A stretch of DNA of 63,996 nt, the filler included, from Sphacelaria rigidula (lineage: Eukaryota), in the NCBI GenBank assembly GCA_964200075.2. It is 3 parts of 3 records of this genome, joined end to end, with 100 filler letters (N's around TTAATTAATTAA, not from the genome) between each part and the next. Parts side by side here need not be neighbours in the genome. Positions count along the whole stretch, not along the records: positions 1 to 21,474 come from CAXNAA020000419.1; 2 more parts are not named here. The stretch is one strand, 5' to 3'. Below, in pieces: positions 1-11,529 of the stretch. The notes below the pieces were generated by a model. The model had not been told where the DNA came from, ran no database searches, and saw only the letters and a list, made by a program, of their open reading frames with translations. Position 1 is the first letter of the stretch, and every line of letters begins with the position of its first letter. The translations under genes and the position numbers were made by a program.

Positions 1-10
1 CTCTTCCCCT

Positions 11-12
<2 letters not shown>

Positions 13-73
<61 letters not shown>
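13..73. repeat. (CA)n/(GT)n microsatellite
   Basis: About 30 perfect CA units; on the minus strand the run starts at the GT donor following the AAA exon 74-319. Confidence 0.95.
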
Positions 74-75
<2 letters not shown>

Positions 76-3000
76 TGTCCACCAGATCCGAACACCGAAC
101 TTGCAAAAAGTTGGCGAAGCCGCGAGTCTCCAAAGCGAGCGCACGGGCCACGCTTGTTTTGCCACAGCCCGGAGGGCCATGCAAAAGCGCACCACTTGCC
201 GCCCGCAGTCCCAACTTTCGAAGCAGCGAGGGGTTGGCGAGTGGTGCGAGCAGGAATGCACGCAACTCGGCCAATGCTGCGTCGCAGCCCACAAGCGGCG
301 TCGTTGTCGTCGATCCTCCCTGCACGAGACGCGCATGATGCGTAAACATCACGCGTGTGGGCTATGTGTGTGAAGAACCAGTACACGGGTTTCCCAACAG
401 GAGATTACTTTTGAAAGCAGATCAAGTGTTCCTAGGAGTAATTGCTGTGCATTTCTACGAGCAAACACGTGTACTCACGTAGGAAATACCGGTGTCAACA
501 TGTAACATTCGTCATGTCCACAGCTCCACGGACGTGCACCGCGCACAATCCAGCGCATCATAACACGCAGCGTGGCCCTGCACGCGGGCAGCAGTATCTA
601 AAACACTCGCACAGGTTTCTGTTGGAAGCAAAAACCATCAAAATATGGACCACGCGACAGCACAGATGTCTACCCCCACCAATCCCCGCCAATGCGCAGA
701 CACAGGCCACGAGTATGCCCCACGCACATCACTCATCAAAACTGCAACGCAACCCGGACCACATGAAGGATTCCGTACCTGTGGCCCGCCGCCGTCCCCG
801 CTCCACATTCCTGCCGAGCGGCCGACCAGAGAGGCTGGACGAACGACATCCAGAGCCGCCCAGAAGTCCTGCAACCTAACAGCGCTTGCCACACCATCCA
901 CCTCACCACTCTCGTCCATTCCAGCAGTGAATCGCGTCCGTCCCTTGTCTCGAGAGCCATCTTTAGGCGCTTCATCGGCAAGTTTCGCGCTATCTGTGCG
1001 CGTCTGTGCAACCCTCCTATAATCGGCGGCGCTCGCGGTGAGCGTGGCGACGGCGGCCGTGTCGGCGCTGGCAGCCGCCATGTGTCGCATGGCGGCCTCG
1101 CGGCACAGGCGCTGGAGGTCAGAACCTAAATAACCGTGACACCTCGCTGCGACAAGCGCGACAAACTCTTTTCTCGTCCTCGGCGGCGGCGATGGAAGCA
1201 CGCCTACTGCTGTCGCGACAATATGACTCGTCCACAACGACGTCGCACCCGGGGCTGGGGTCTGTCTGTCCCGAACGCTGTCCGCGTCGTCTTCCAATAA
1301 GGCACCGCACGACGGACGAATGCTGGAGCCATTTCTACCCCGCGCGTCTACCCCTCCAACGGTCGAACTTTGTGCTGCCGAGGAGGATGCAGAACAAGGA
1401 ACAAGGGTGATATCAGTGCCGGCGGTTTTCCCCCCCTCCGGTGGTACAGACGTCGGAGTGGCAGCTGCTTTTGGTGAAGGAGGGACTTGAAGCTGCAGCT
1501 GTAACGGCATGTTTCGGGAGTGAACCTCCAAGATTGACGCTCGAGATGAAGCGTCCAGATTTCCCAGCAGCAACACGGTTTCTAGACGGCCCCGTTGGAG
1601 AAGAGATGGATCTAGCGCAGCCGCATCTGGGCAGGTAGCTAGGAAGAACACGTGACGTTCGTCCGGAACAGGTTGCTGACGGAAGCGGTCCATCGTCTCG
1701 ACAAGGACCGAGAATACCTGTATCGATTTTAGTTTGTATTCGCCGCGCAATAGGTCGATTTTCACATTTTTCCCATCATCCTTCTAGCCCATCCACTTGC
1801 TTTTCTCGGGACATCTACATAGTAGTCTGTCTCAAGGAATCGACCCATCTATCTCCCCCTCGGTACAAGCCTGGCATTTTGGTATCGCGGATGGGGTCAT
1901 GACCAAACACTCCCACACCACGTCGACTCTCGTCAAGTTTTAATTCTTTCTTACGACCTCACATTTTCAAGAACGGAAACCAGAACCTCCACAGACAAAA
2001 AAAAGGGCAGTTTTCGGCATTCCTAACCGTAACCTTCTACCTTAACTGGCTATGTATGTACCACTTGGACCATCAGGGCACCGCATGAGCGTTGAACTTG
2101 GGGCTTTCGCGGTGTGTCTGTTTGGAAAAATTGATTTCATTTATTTTCGGCGAAAACGTATACACGCCGTGTATTCGATACACACATATCCTCCCTCATG
2201 CTTGTAGTACGAAGAACTACACTTTGATCCATGTTCCATCGTAGTCCGGCGTTCGGGAATCCTCGTCCCAAAGGATGTACGAGAGAGTCGCATGGCAAGA
2301 GAGGTGAGCGAAAGTAGGTATCTGTGTGTTTGTGTGCATCCTTCTCGAAGCGCCGAAGATTTTCGACGCATCTGTTTTCACCATTCGCGAGAGCATCGCT
2401 GAGACATGTGCAAAACAGACAACTTAGTCATAGAAAAGTGGTCCGAGTTTTTGATTGGCTATCTTACTCTTACAGAAGGCGAGAGACGGACACACGACAT
2501 CGCGAAACTGCCTACCGTAGACTGGTGCACGGAGAATATCACCCTCGGTGGTGAGCTTCTCAACCTTGATTTTCTCGTAGGTGCTGCGGTTACGACGCCC
2601 GAAAGTCGTGGTTTTGGAATAATCTCGTCGATATCTTTTGGCGAAAATTGTTATCTTGAAAGCAGTGCAGGGTCGGGCTTATGGCGATGACGTAGATTGT
2701 GTTTCTTACTGCTCGGATAATGGATAATACTCCGTATGCCACGCGTCAACGAAGGGACGAAGCCTGCATGCAAGTTGTTACTTGGAAGGTTAACTGCATA
2801 TTGTGCGCGACAGCAGTGAAATTCGCAGAATACTGAAGCCGCAGTCGAACAGACATGGAACATTTGCTTCTGGCGATCCTTCACTCATCGTGGTCAATAT
2901 CCGTACACCCGCTACCTGCAGCTCTGTGATTCCAGCGACCTCCGGGCGCCTTTTGCTGACAGACTCCACCTGATCTAGCACGACTATCGATGGCGAGCAA

Positions 3001-6000
3001 GCACGCGCCTCTTCTAACACGTCCTGCGGTCAAAATCCACACACGAAAAGATAGAGGACCCAAGAAATTGAGAAGCGAGAGAGTAACACGCATGCCGCTT
3101 TCCTGCCGAAGGTTTCCAGGAAAGGCGATTTTTTAAGGCGTGCCATGCAGTATATATCATTACATATGGAACGATAAAACCTAGTATAAGAGCAACTTCC
3201 TCGCAGACACATCGTCGATATATCCGGGACGTTAGCAAAAATGACATGTGGAAAGGAGTGGGGACTGCAACATGGCATATGGACGTGAGTTTGTTAGCAA
3301 TAGTGTATGCACGGCAATCGAGAAGGGTATGGGTCTGTCATTCTCCATAACGAACGTGTGCCAATCAACAACAGTTTTGAAGCAAGTCACAATCAATTCA
3401 TTCATTTCATGGAGAATGAAAAAAAAGCCTTGCATCCCGGACCCATGCGCAAGAAAATACACAGGTTCTCTACACCCCTTCGTCGAAAAGCTGCATCCTA
3501 CAAGTTCGGGAGGAGCGATTCCGCTGTGCAGCGAAGCTATGTGATCGGCTCACGCACCTGGACGTGTCGCTCCGCCTTGCCACGATCCCGCCTGAATACC
3601 GAAGAGCAATCCAGGAAAAACCACGGAACCCCGGAGTGCTGTGCAACGGCCCTGAGCAGGCACGAACACGCTTGGTACGTTTTACTCGTGCTCAACAGTT
3701 TAGGGCATGGAGAGTCGAGTTCCATGACGCTCCGCCGGTTTCGTATGTTAGGAGTGCACTTCTTGGTGCAAGACTACTGTACTGCGGGGCGTTTGAGTGA
3801 GTGGCACGTGCATCAATTTAGCCACCAGAACGCTGATACGTTCAGTGGCAAACGTGTGTGGCGTCAGTGCCGCTACCACGATTGAACGCTCGCCAAGTTT
3901 GCCTCTTGGGACGGTAAGAACACGTCTGTAGTGGTGCTAACGAGAAATCATATTTCCCCTTGTGCCTCCCTGTCTCTATTTCTCTCCCTGTCTCGTGGGG
4001 GACAAAAAAAAGAAAGCGAAAAGCCCAAGCACTACTTCTTCCTTGGTCCGATAGGGCACCGGTGATGATGCACCTTTCTGCTCTGAAGAAAACGCCCACC
4101 AAAACAATGAGCATCAAGACATGTCATTCATGGACCTGGCAAGAAGCGTCTTTCCAGCCCCTGTAGGCCCGTGCAATAGGAGACCGCTGGCGGGAGAGGT
4201 GAGCCACTTGTGGTCGCTGCGGCTGCCGTCCACAAGCGCCGCGCGGGCAGCGCCCACAGCAGCTTTTACGTCGTTGTCTCCTCCGCCGAAGTCCCGCTGC
4301 ACACGGCGAACCCATACGTCTTCGTCAAGCACCGAGTGAAAAGACTTCCGAGGGACACCTTTTGGTGTTTCGTGAGCACGCTGACGGTTTTCGTTCGCCG
4401 CGTCGTCTGGTGTGCACGGCGGTTTGTTGACAGGGAGATATTTTTTTAGCTTCTGCTAATGGCAAGGCTGTGCAGGGGGAGAGTGTCTTGCCTTGATCGA
4501 TCGCGTGTTTGAGTACATTACGAAGGCCACCGTTGAATATAGGCGTCACTAGGAAATATCAACACATGACGTGGCGAATCAATTACCCAGTTACATACAT
4601 GTGTTGTGACGGCGATAATACATAACTAGCGATACACGAAAGCTATCGTCTAATGAGAAATGCGAATGCTTCATGTTGGCGATTTTGTTTTGGTCGGTCA
4701 GTTAATACCTTTCCCATCCCAAATTTTTCAGATAAAAAAATGTACAGAAGTAGGGATCCGCATGATGCGTACGTGCGGTAGGGTGTACGACCATGCTTCG
4801 AATTATTTGTGAGAAAACAAATACAAATACTACCGATCCGTATCACGCATACAGTGCGGATCGCGAGTGCGCAGGGAATGAACAGTCGCAAACGATGCAC
4901 AGATTGCAGGAATAATCCTTCATCAAAAGGAGTGAGGACTCGTACATGATCGAATTAGTCGAACACAACTGCCCACCATGTTGATCTTGCCTGGGTTCAG
5001 GTATTCTGGTGCAGTAGCACATGTTGCATGGGCACTCGTTCCCGCTTGCACCCCTTGGAAGTTTTTCCCCCGTGGCGGTAGTGCCACCAAGCGCAGCTCG
5101 GTGGTATCTTGTATTCTAGCGGCCCCGGTCGTCGATAGCAACGGGACATGTGGCACCATCGTTTCCGCGCGTTCCTTCTGTCGTTCTTCTTGCTCCGTCG
5201 GTTGCGGCAACCCGTCCTGGTCCTTCCTCTCGCCCGTTGTCCAAACCGCCGTAACGACCACCGAAAATAGACCCGCAACGCGTAGCACTGACCCTTCAGC
5301 TACAACCTCCCCTTCCAACGCACAGGGGAGTATTGATGTCACAGCGGCGACCACGGACGCTGGAGGGCGTTCACTCGAGTCTGTATAATCGCCGCTTCTA
5401 TCCGCTTCCTGGGAGGATAAGTCGGCAAGCGGCAGGGGGTACGGGCCTTGTAGCTCGACCACAGTTGCTGGGCCATGGCATCGCAGGGCTCGCACACGCA
5501 GCTTCACTAAGGCACTAGGTGGTGTTTCAGGTGCGCTTGATAAACCCAGGGCTTCGGCAAGACAAGGGGAGATCAGAGCTTCACGACCAGGTGTATCAGT
5601 ATCGTTTATGATGCTGGCGTGGTTGTCGATTGAGCTGGATACCGCTGCTGGTGGTCGTCTCGCTCTCAGCGTCGGATGAGAGATGACCCGCACGTCCGAC
5701 GGCAGCCATTTTCTTTGGCAATCACAACTGCCATCACCGCCAGCAATACCACCGATCGTAGACTTTGGTGGGATTAAGGCTACCTCCGCTGCACCATGTG
5801 CCAGTAGACGAGAAGCACAACCAGCAGAGCCGTCGGCGGCAACTGCTGCGGCTGCAATTGGACAGTGATCTTTTGAGCCACCGTCATCGACATCAGGCGC
5901 TACCAGGATCCAAAGAACCGCACGGCAATGATCAGACAAAGCAGAGTCGTGAACGCTGTTGATTATTGACAACTTATTCGAATTGGATCCAACATCGTTC

Positions 6001-6050
6001 CAGACCTCGACGTACTCGGCCTCTCCGCTGTCGTAAGTGGTCGTATTCAT
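74..6050 (-). CDS. Type II (two-module) AAA+ ATPase, CDC48/AFG2(SPATA5)/PEX1-6-like; 3' end beyond window
   Basis: Phase-consistent exons about 6050-4991, 4406-4136, 3651-3558, 3023-2916, 1717-779, 319-74. D1 Walker A GLLLHGPTGAGKTLLAR, Walker B IVVLDQVE, SRH-like ALDPSLLQRGRL, lid CHGYLGSDLQRLCREAA; D2 Walker A GALLHGPPGCGKTSVARA. Start codon and first donor are uncertain. Confidence 0.88.
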
Positions 6051-6443
6051 CCATGGACTACGGACAGCAGCTGAAGGCAGCGGGTTTGGAGTAGATTTTC
6101 TTCTCAACTATACCTGTCTATCGCTCAGACCCGCAAAATCTCCAGAAGATTGCCTCGAGCACACATTCACACATTCACACATTACTCGAATATTTTGTAC
6201 TGTACTAGAGATAAACATCCCTATACGTGAAGCGAAATTAAGTCAGGAAGAGTTTTCCCTTCTCCCCTTCTCCCACCCCCCTGGTGAATAACAAGTTGTA
6301 AATTGTGTTCTACGTGGATGATGGTCAAGGCTTAGAAGAAAATTCAATGATGGCTGACAAATTTCCACCGCCGGGAAATAACCATCGTATCCAAACTACC
6401 TGCAGTGCCGAGCGTTGACGTCCGGCATGTCACTTGGCAAGGC
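6051..6443. promoter_or_regulatory. Putative bidirectional promoter / 5' UTRs between head-to-head genes
   Basis: About 390 bp separate the inferred ATG of the AAA gene (minus, 6050) from the ATG of the ankyrin gene (plus, 6444). No specific motif identified. Confidence 0.45.
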
Positions 6444-8584
6444 ATGGCAGCACTTGCAACTGCAATACTAAGGGGGGCGAGTTCAACTCAACACCTCGAT
6501 AACATACTGTCCCGCGGTATCGAAGTTGCCGATCTAAATTTTTGGGATCCACTTGGAAGGTCGTTGATCCACCTAGCAGCAGACTCCAATGATGTATCGG
6601 CGCTGCGTTGGCTCGTGCAGGAGCATGGGGCGAATCCAAGGACTGCAACAATCAACGAAGGTAGGTGTTCAGGACGCTCAATCGTTGATGAAGAAACTAA
6701 ATGCTGCATATGTTGACGAGTGAGCGTTGATTTATGCTATGGTGGCAACAGTGCATTACGGATGGCTTATATGACAGGACAGCATGTGTGAGGGACTGTA
6801 TTTCGAGAACGGTTCGCATCCCCCGGGTCTCGGGGTATACCACCCGGGGTGGTAAGATTTTCAAGCGCGATTTGCTCGTAAACTGCGCTGTGCAATCACC
6901 CCACCAAACATTGTCCGGTTGGAGAGATATTTTTAAAAAAAAAATGTCGGTGAACGGGACCTGTTGAAAAATGGGCGATTTGTTTTCTCTGATATAATCG
7001 AGGTTACTACTCGGCAACCCACGCGAATCTCATTGTGCAGTTTTCGTGTCCAGAAGCGCACGAACCCGTTCGCGGGGTGAAGTATTGGGTGAGGTTTTCC
7101 CCTTCCTTTAAGGACAAACAAAAAATCCCATGAAAACCTTCGCATAGATACAAGCCCATGCACAGTAGCAGGCATTACAGTGACTCAATTGTGTGTCGAT
7201 GAGTTCTCTGTTTATTTGCCCTTTGGAGTACACGATGCAACAGCCTTCTGGAGTAACTGACTCCGAGTTATAATAGGCTCAGAGCGCGATCCGAAGCACA
7301 TATTTGCACGGTATTTTGTGTACGATACAGTTGATATTTGTAGCTTTGAAAACATCGCACCTCGAGAAATACGTCTTGTTTGTGCGGTACAGGTCGTCAA
7401 ACGTCTGGTGTCCGACAACGGCACATGCGCTGTGTAGGTTCCGAACGCATCGACAAAATACAATGCACATGCGTTACACTTGCAAGATATGGATAGAATC
7501 TCAACGTTGGTGACACAGAAGAAACTCGTTGCTCAGGTACACTCAGGCCCGTCAACGTCTACTCTTCGCCCTGTTGCCGTTCTTCCTCGTGCACGTTCCA
7601 CATCCAGGCAACACGGCCCTGCACGTGGCAGCCTCCGAGGGTCACCTGGAAGCCGTTACGTACCTCCTGGAGGAGGCGTCTATGGGCGTGGCGGGCGTCA
7701 ACCATGCGGGGGAGACGGCCCTAGACATTGCGGTCAACAATGGCTATGACGCAATCGTGCGCCTGATGACCCGTCATCTGCGCAGCCCGCCTCCGCCACT
7801 GCCACCGTCGAAATCAAAAGCTGTCCCACCCAACGGTGAGACAACGCCACGGCCGCCGCCCAATGGTGCTGCTGCCGCTGCTGCTGCTGATGGTGGTGAT
7901 GGTGATGATAGTTTCAACACAGCTGCTGGTGTCGTTGGGGGTGATAGTCTCGATGTTGATGCTGCTTTCGTTGCAACTGCACCTGACGCGTGTGATCTCG
8001 CAGCACAAAATGCCGTAGCTCTAGTGGATGGAGACGGTACACTTCCCAGCAGTAGTGGTCAGTGTCCCCGAGAACCACCGCTTTCTCCGCCATCGTCAGG
8101 ACAGCACCACGCCCGAGAAGAGGGCGATGGCGATGGTGGGCAGGCAGAAGTTGTTCTCGACAAGAGCTCTGTGAGAGAGCATGGTGCAGTCATGAGAGGA
8201 GAAGGTGTTATTGCCGCCGCCGCTGCCGCCGGTACACCTACTGCTGCTTCCAAAAAGAAAAGTACCCACGCGGGTGGTCGCACACCGCCATTTGATGGGC
8301 GAGGGGTCACGCGCGGCGGATTTTTCGTTGCGGGGGCGTGGTCCAAGGCCGGGACCTGCTCGTGCTTCAACGTCCGGCACCGTCACTTGCTGGGCAAGCA
8401 CGGGGTGGTGTTCGACATGGGCTTGTGTCCACCCGAGATTATCAACGTTCAGCATGTGTTCGTGACACACGGACATCTTGACCACTGCGGGGCGATAGTG
8501 TCGCATGCCAGGCTTCGGAGCGTGCGCGGCTTGCCCCCGGGGAAGTACTACATGCACTCGGACTTGGCGGCTGGCATGGACAAG
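6444..8584 (+). CDS. Ankyrin-repeat protein fused to a tRNase Z-like (TM/plant TRZ1-type) metallo-beta-lactamase domain; 5' portion only
   Basis: Exon 6444-6660 (G|gtagg) joins exon 7608-8584 (ccag|GC ... AAG|gtgcg) in phase 1. Ankyrin repeats GRSLIHLAA, GNTALHVAASEGHLEAVTYLL, GETALDIA; then a low-complexity linker; then FDMGLCP...VFVTHGHLDHCGA (HxHxDH). Confidence 0.85.
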
Positions 8585-8767
8585 GTGCGCAGTTGGTTGT
8601 CTTCCGTTTATTTTTATTTTTTGCCTGCGCGGAGTGGGAAGAGGTGGGGTTGGTGCAGTATTTCCGTGTAGAAGCGAGTTTTAGATTCCTGGGACGCTTG
8701 GTTGCTGAAATAAATTATTTCCAGATGACAAGGCGTTTTGTTTGGGCTTGTCGTTGCTCTGTTTCAA

Positions 8768-10530
8768 CCCTTTTGGAACCCTTCCCTCCCGTCCCCGGGC
8801 CAGACGCCTCAATATGAGAAGCCCTGACAAAGAAGAAAATATGGAAACAGAAAAGACCGACGCGGCAACCATTTTTTCTGTTGAAGACCAAAGAAGACTC
8901 CAGACGCACACGTCATGGATGTGCCGAAAATGAAACCCTGGAGCGGTCGGGTTGGGTTTGTTCAATGATATCACGCGACAGGCGAAGTTTGTTCAATTGT
9001 GTGCATCGACAAAACTCTCGCAAAACAGTACAAACTCCCATATATGTGATTTTTGTTAGTAGAATCTGTGAAATACCTCAATTCGAGTTCGGTGCACGAA
9101 TACGTCACATTAGTATACTTGAAGTTGGAGTGGCGCACTAGTATACTTGAACTTAGAGTAGTGCACCGTTTTGGTGGGCTGAGTCATCAGGAGTTGGCGA
9201 GCGTAGGAAGCCACACTATACGGCCGGCGACAACGATATGGCGGCGCACGTGGAAATCCCGTCGCCACATGTGGAAGCGCTGAAGAGCGACCCATACGCA
9301 ATTCATGCTCGGCTGGAAGAGGTGGCTGAGAAGCACGGCCAGGACGCTGCCAGGCGTTTTGCTGAAAAAGCTGCAAGAGCGGTTGTGGCAGCCCATTGCC
9401 CCCCGGCGCACACCGCCCCCCCCGCTCGCTTACCAAACGTCCACACAGTAACCGCGGCAAGTGAGAACGCTGCGAGGCACGCAGGATTATGTAGGAGACA
9501 CCAGGCGGACGTGGCTGCAAGCGTCCAGACAGGCGATATACTAACAAACGGTCGCCAACCGACTGGGACAGCCTTTCGCAACCAGCCCAACCCTACTACA
9601 AATACAGTCAGTAAATACACTTCACTACAGTCCAGTATAACTGAATAACGATGTTACAGTCTTCCATGCCACAAGATAAAAAGTATGCAATATCATTGCA
9701 TGAAACCCCAACGCCGCCCACGAGGACAGACAGTCCAAACGCGATAGCGCCAGCCGGAATAATACACCTCACGCAGCACAAAGTACGGCTGTGCAACGTC
9801 CAGGAATGACCAACCCGCAGTGTAGAGGTAGTGTCGTGGAAGCGTACAGCACAAAGCGCAGCGTAAGATGTGCCGTAAGATCACAGCATACAAAGTGACA
9901 GTCTGTATCGGATATGCCAAAGTAACGGTCCCCGCCTGCGCTGCACCAGGAGTATGTATAACGGCGGGGTACATAACGTCCTCGTGGCCGTTATGGAATG
10001 ATCAAACCGCATTATGGTGTCGTATTAGCGCGTACGACAAAGTACAGTAGCGTGCATGACATGAGTTTACCCTGGACATGATGAGCTGAAAATATCATGA
10101 TCACACGCAGTACAGATAAATAGGTGAACACATCCCCACAGGGCCTGACCGTGACTGTCTGCGAATGCAGACAGCGGACATAAGTGAGGCAAATGTGCCG
10201 TCGGTGTCGCCTTTGTTATTGCAACTCAGCGCAGGTTTGCTATGATGCGGTGCAAAGCATCGACTGCGGGTGCGGCGTGGAGATTACTTCACGAAAGGTC
10301 AGCCGTGCACTCTGGCCGGGGATAGAAAATACGGACGGGTCGAACAATTTCTCATACCCGTAAAATAGAGAACCTTCGAACCTTCTTTTCTTTCACGTTC
10401 CATTCGCACGGGTCTGAAAAACACGCTTTTGGCGAATCGTTTGTTCAAAGGCTGTAGAAAAACAACCATTTCTTGCCCGAAAAAACGTTAAATGTAAATA
10501 GTCAATTTTCCATCAACGGTTCCAAAAGGG
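8768..10530. mobile_element. Non-autonomous piggyBac-like element (~1.76 kb)
   Basis: Perfect 13-bp TIR CCCTTTTGGAACC / GGTTCCAAAAGGG, flanked by TCAA (left, degenerate) and TTAA (right); both ends similar to the element at 20117-20583. Confidence 0.8.
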
Positions 10531-11351
10531 TTAAGAACGCATGAAATCGGCTTTTCAAAGAGTGTATTTTAATACCCTAGGCATTGCTTCACCTTACGCG
10601 GGTCTTCAGACTAACCCGCCATACTCGCAGCGACACCGTGTCGCCAAAAACGTTTGTTTTCTGCTTTTTTCCCACTTGTGACATTGAAAATATTACAAGG
10701 AAGCGCGCAACCATGTTTTTCTGTCAAAGTCGATGTCGGTGTTGAGGTATGTTTTTTTTTGTGCCGCCCTCCTTGAGCGTCCCCTGATATCCGTACCTAC
10801 CTCTACCCCAGCATGGCTTTGAATACGTGAAGAAATATTCGTAATCCATCTTGTGCGGAGAAATTGCACAAGGAAGAAAGCGTTTGAGCAAGTCGAGTTC
10901 TCCGCCACACTTCCATCTTTTCTCGAAATGCAAATGGGTGCTCCGCCGACAACAATCAGCCCGCGAACAAATGGCAACCCATCAGTTGCCATATGATGAG
11001 GATCACCGTTAGTGTTTTCTTTTTTCGTCGGTACACATATGCCGATTCAAAAAAATTCGCGGTCGTACCTTCTGCTCTTGGATATGGTCCACACAGCGAC
11101 GTGGCTTTTACCGGGAAACAGATCACGACATGGCATAATCTGGTCGAGTCGAACCCACCTTGATGACAGGCAAAAGCCACACGTGTCTGACAACACTTTT
11201 ACGTTACCTCTCTCGCATGCAACTCCCATCTGCCCATGGCCACCACCATCAATACCCAATACTCTTGCTGCATGCACACTACCCTATGGGATATGGCACA
11301 AACAGAATCGCCGTTTACATCAAAGTACGATCCATACAAAGAAATACACAC

Positions 11352-11529
11352 CTGTGGAGACAGAAAGCCGATCAAGTTATTCAGCAGGAAAATCCCAAGG
11401 CCGTACGTGACGATAAACCAGCCTTGCGTCACGTAGATCCTCAAGAGAAAAAGCACCACCGACACCAAGAAACCGATCCATCGCGACGTTGTGTAGATTA
11501 CTGATCGATCTAACCAGTACTGATATGTC
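11352..11529 (-). CDS. RER1: RER1 (ER retrieval receptor) internal exon; remaining exons not found, possible gene fragment
   Basis: TYQYWLDRSVIYTTSRWIGF...LRIYVTQGWFIVTYGLGIFLLNNLIGFLSPQ matches the Rer1 family; bounded by cacag| and |gtgtgt. Confidence 0.8.

Noticed and set aside
8585-8671. C-terminal extension VRSWLSSVYFYF... of the 7529-8671 ORF
   Set aside because: It follows a good donor (AAG|gtgcgc) and is T-rich, so most likely intron read-through.
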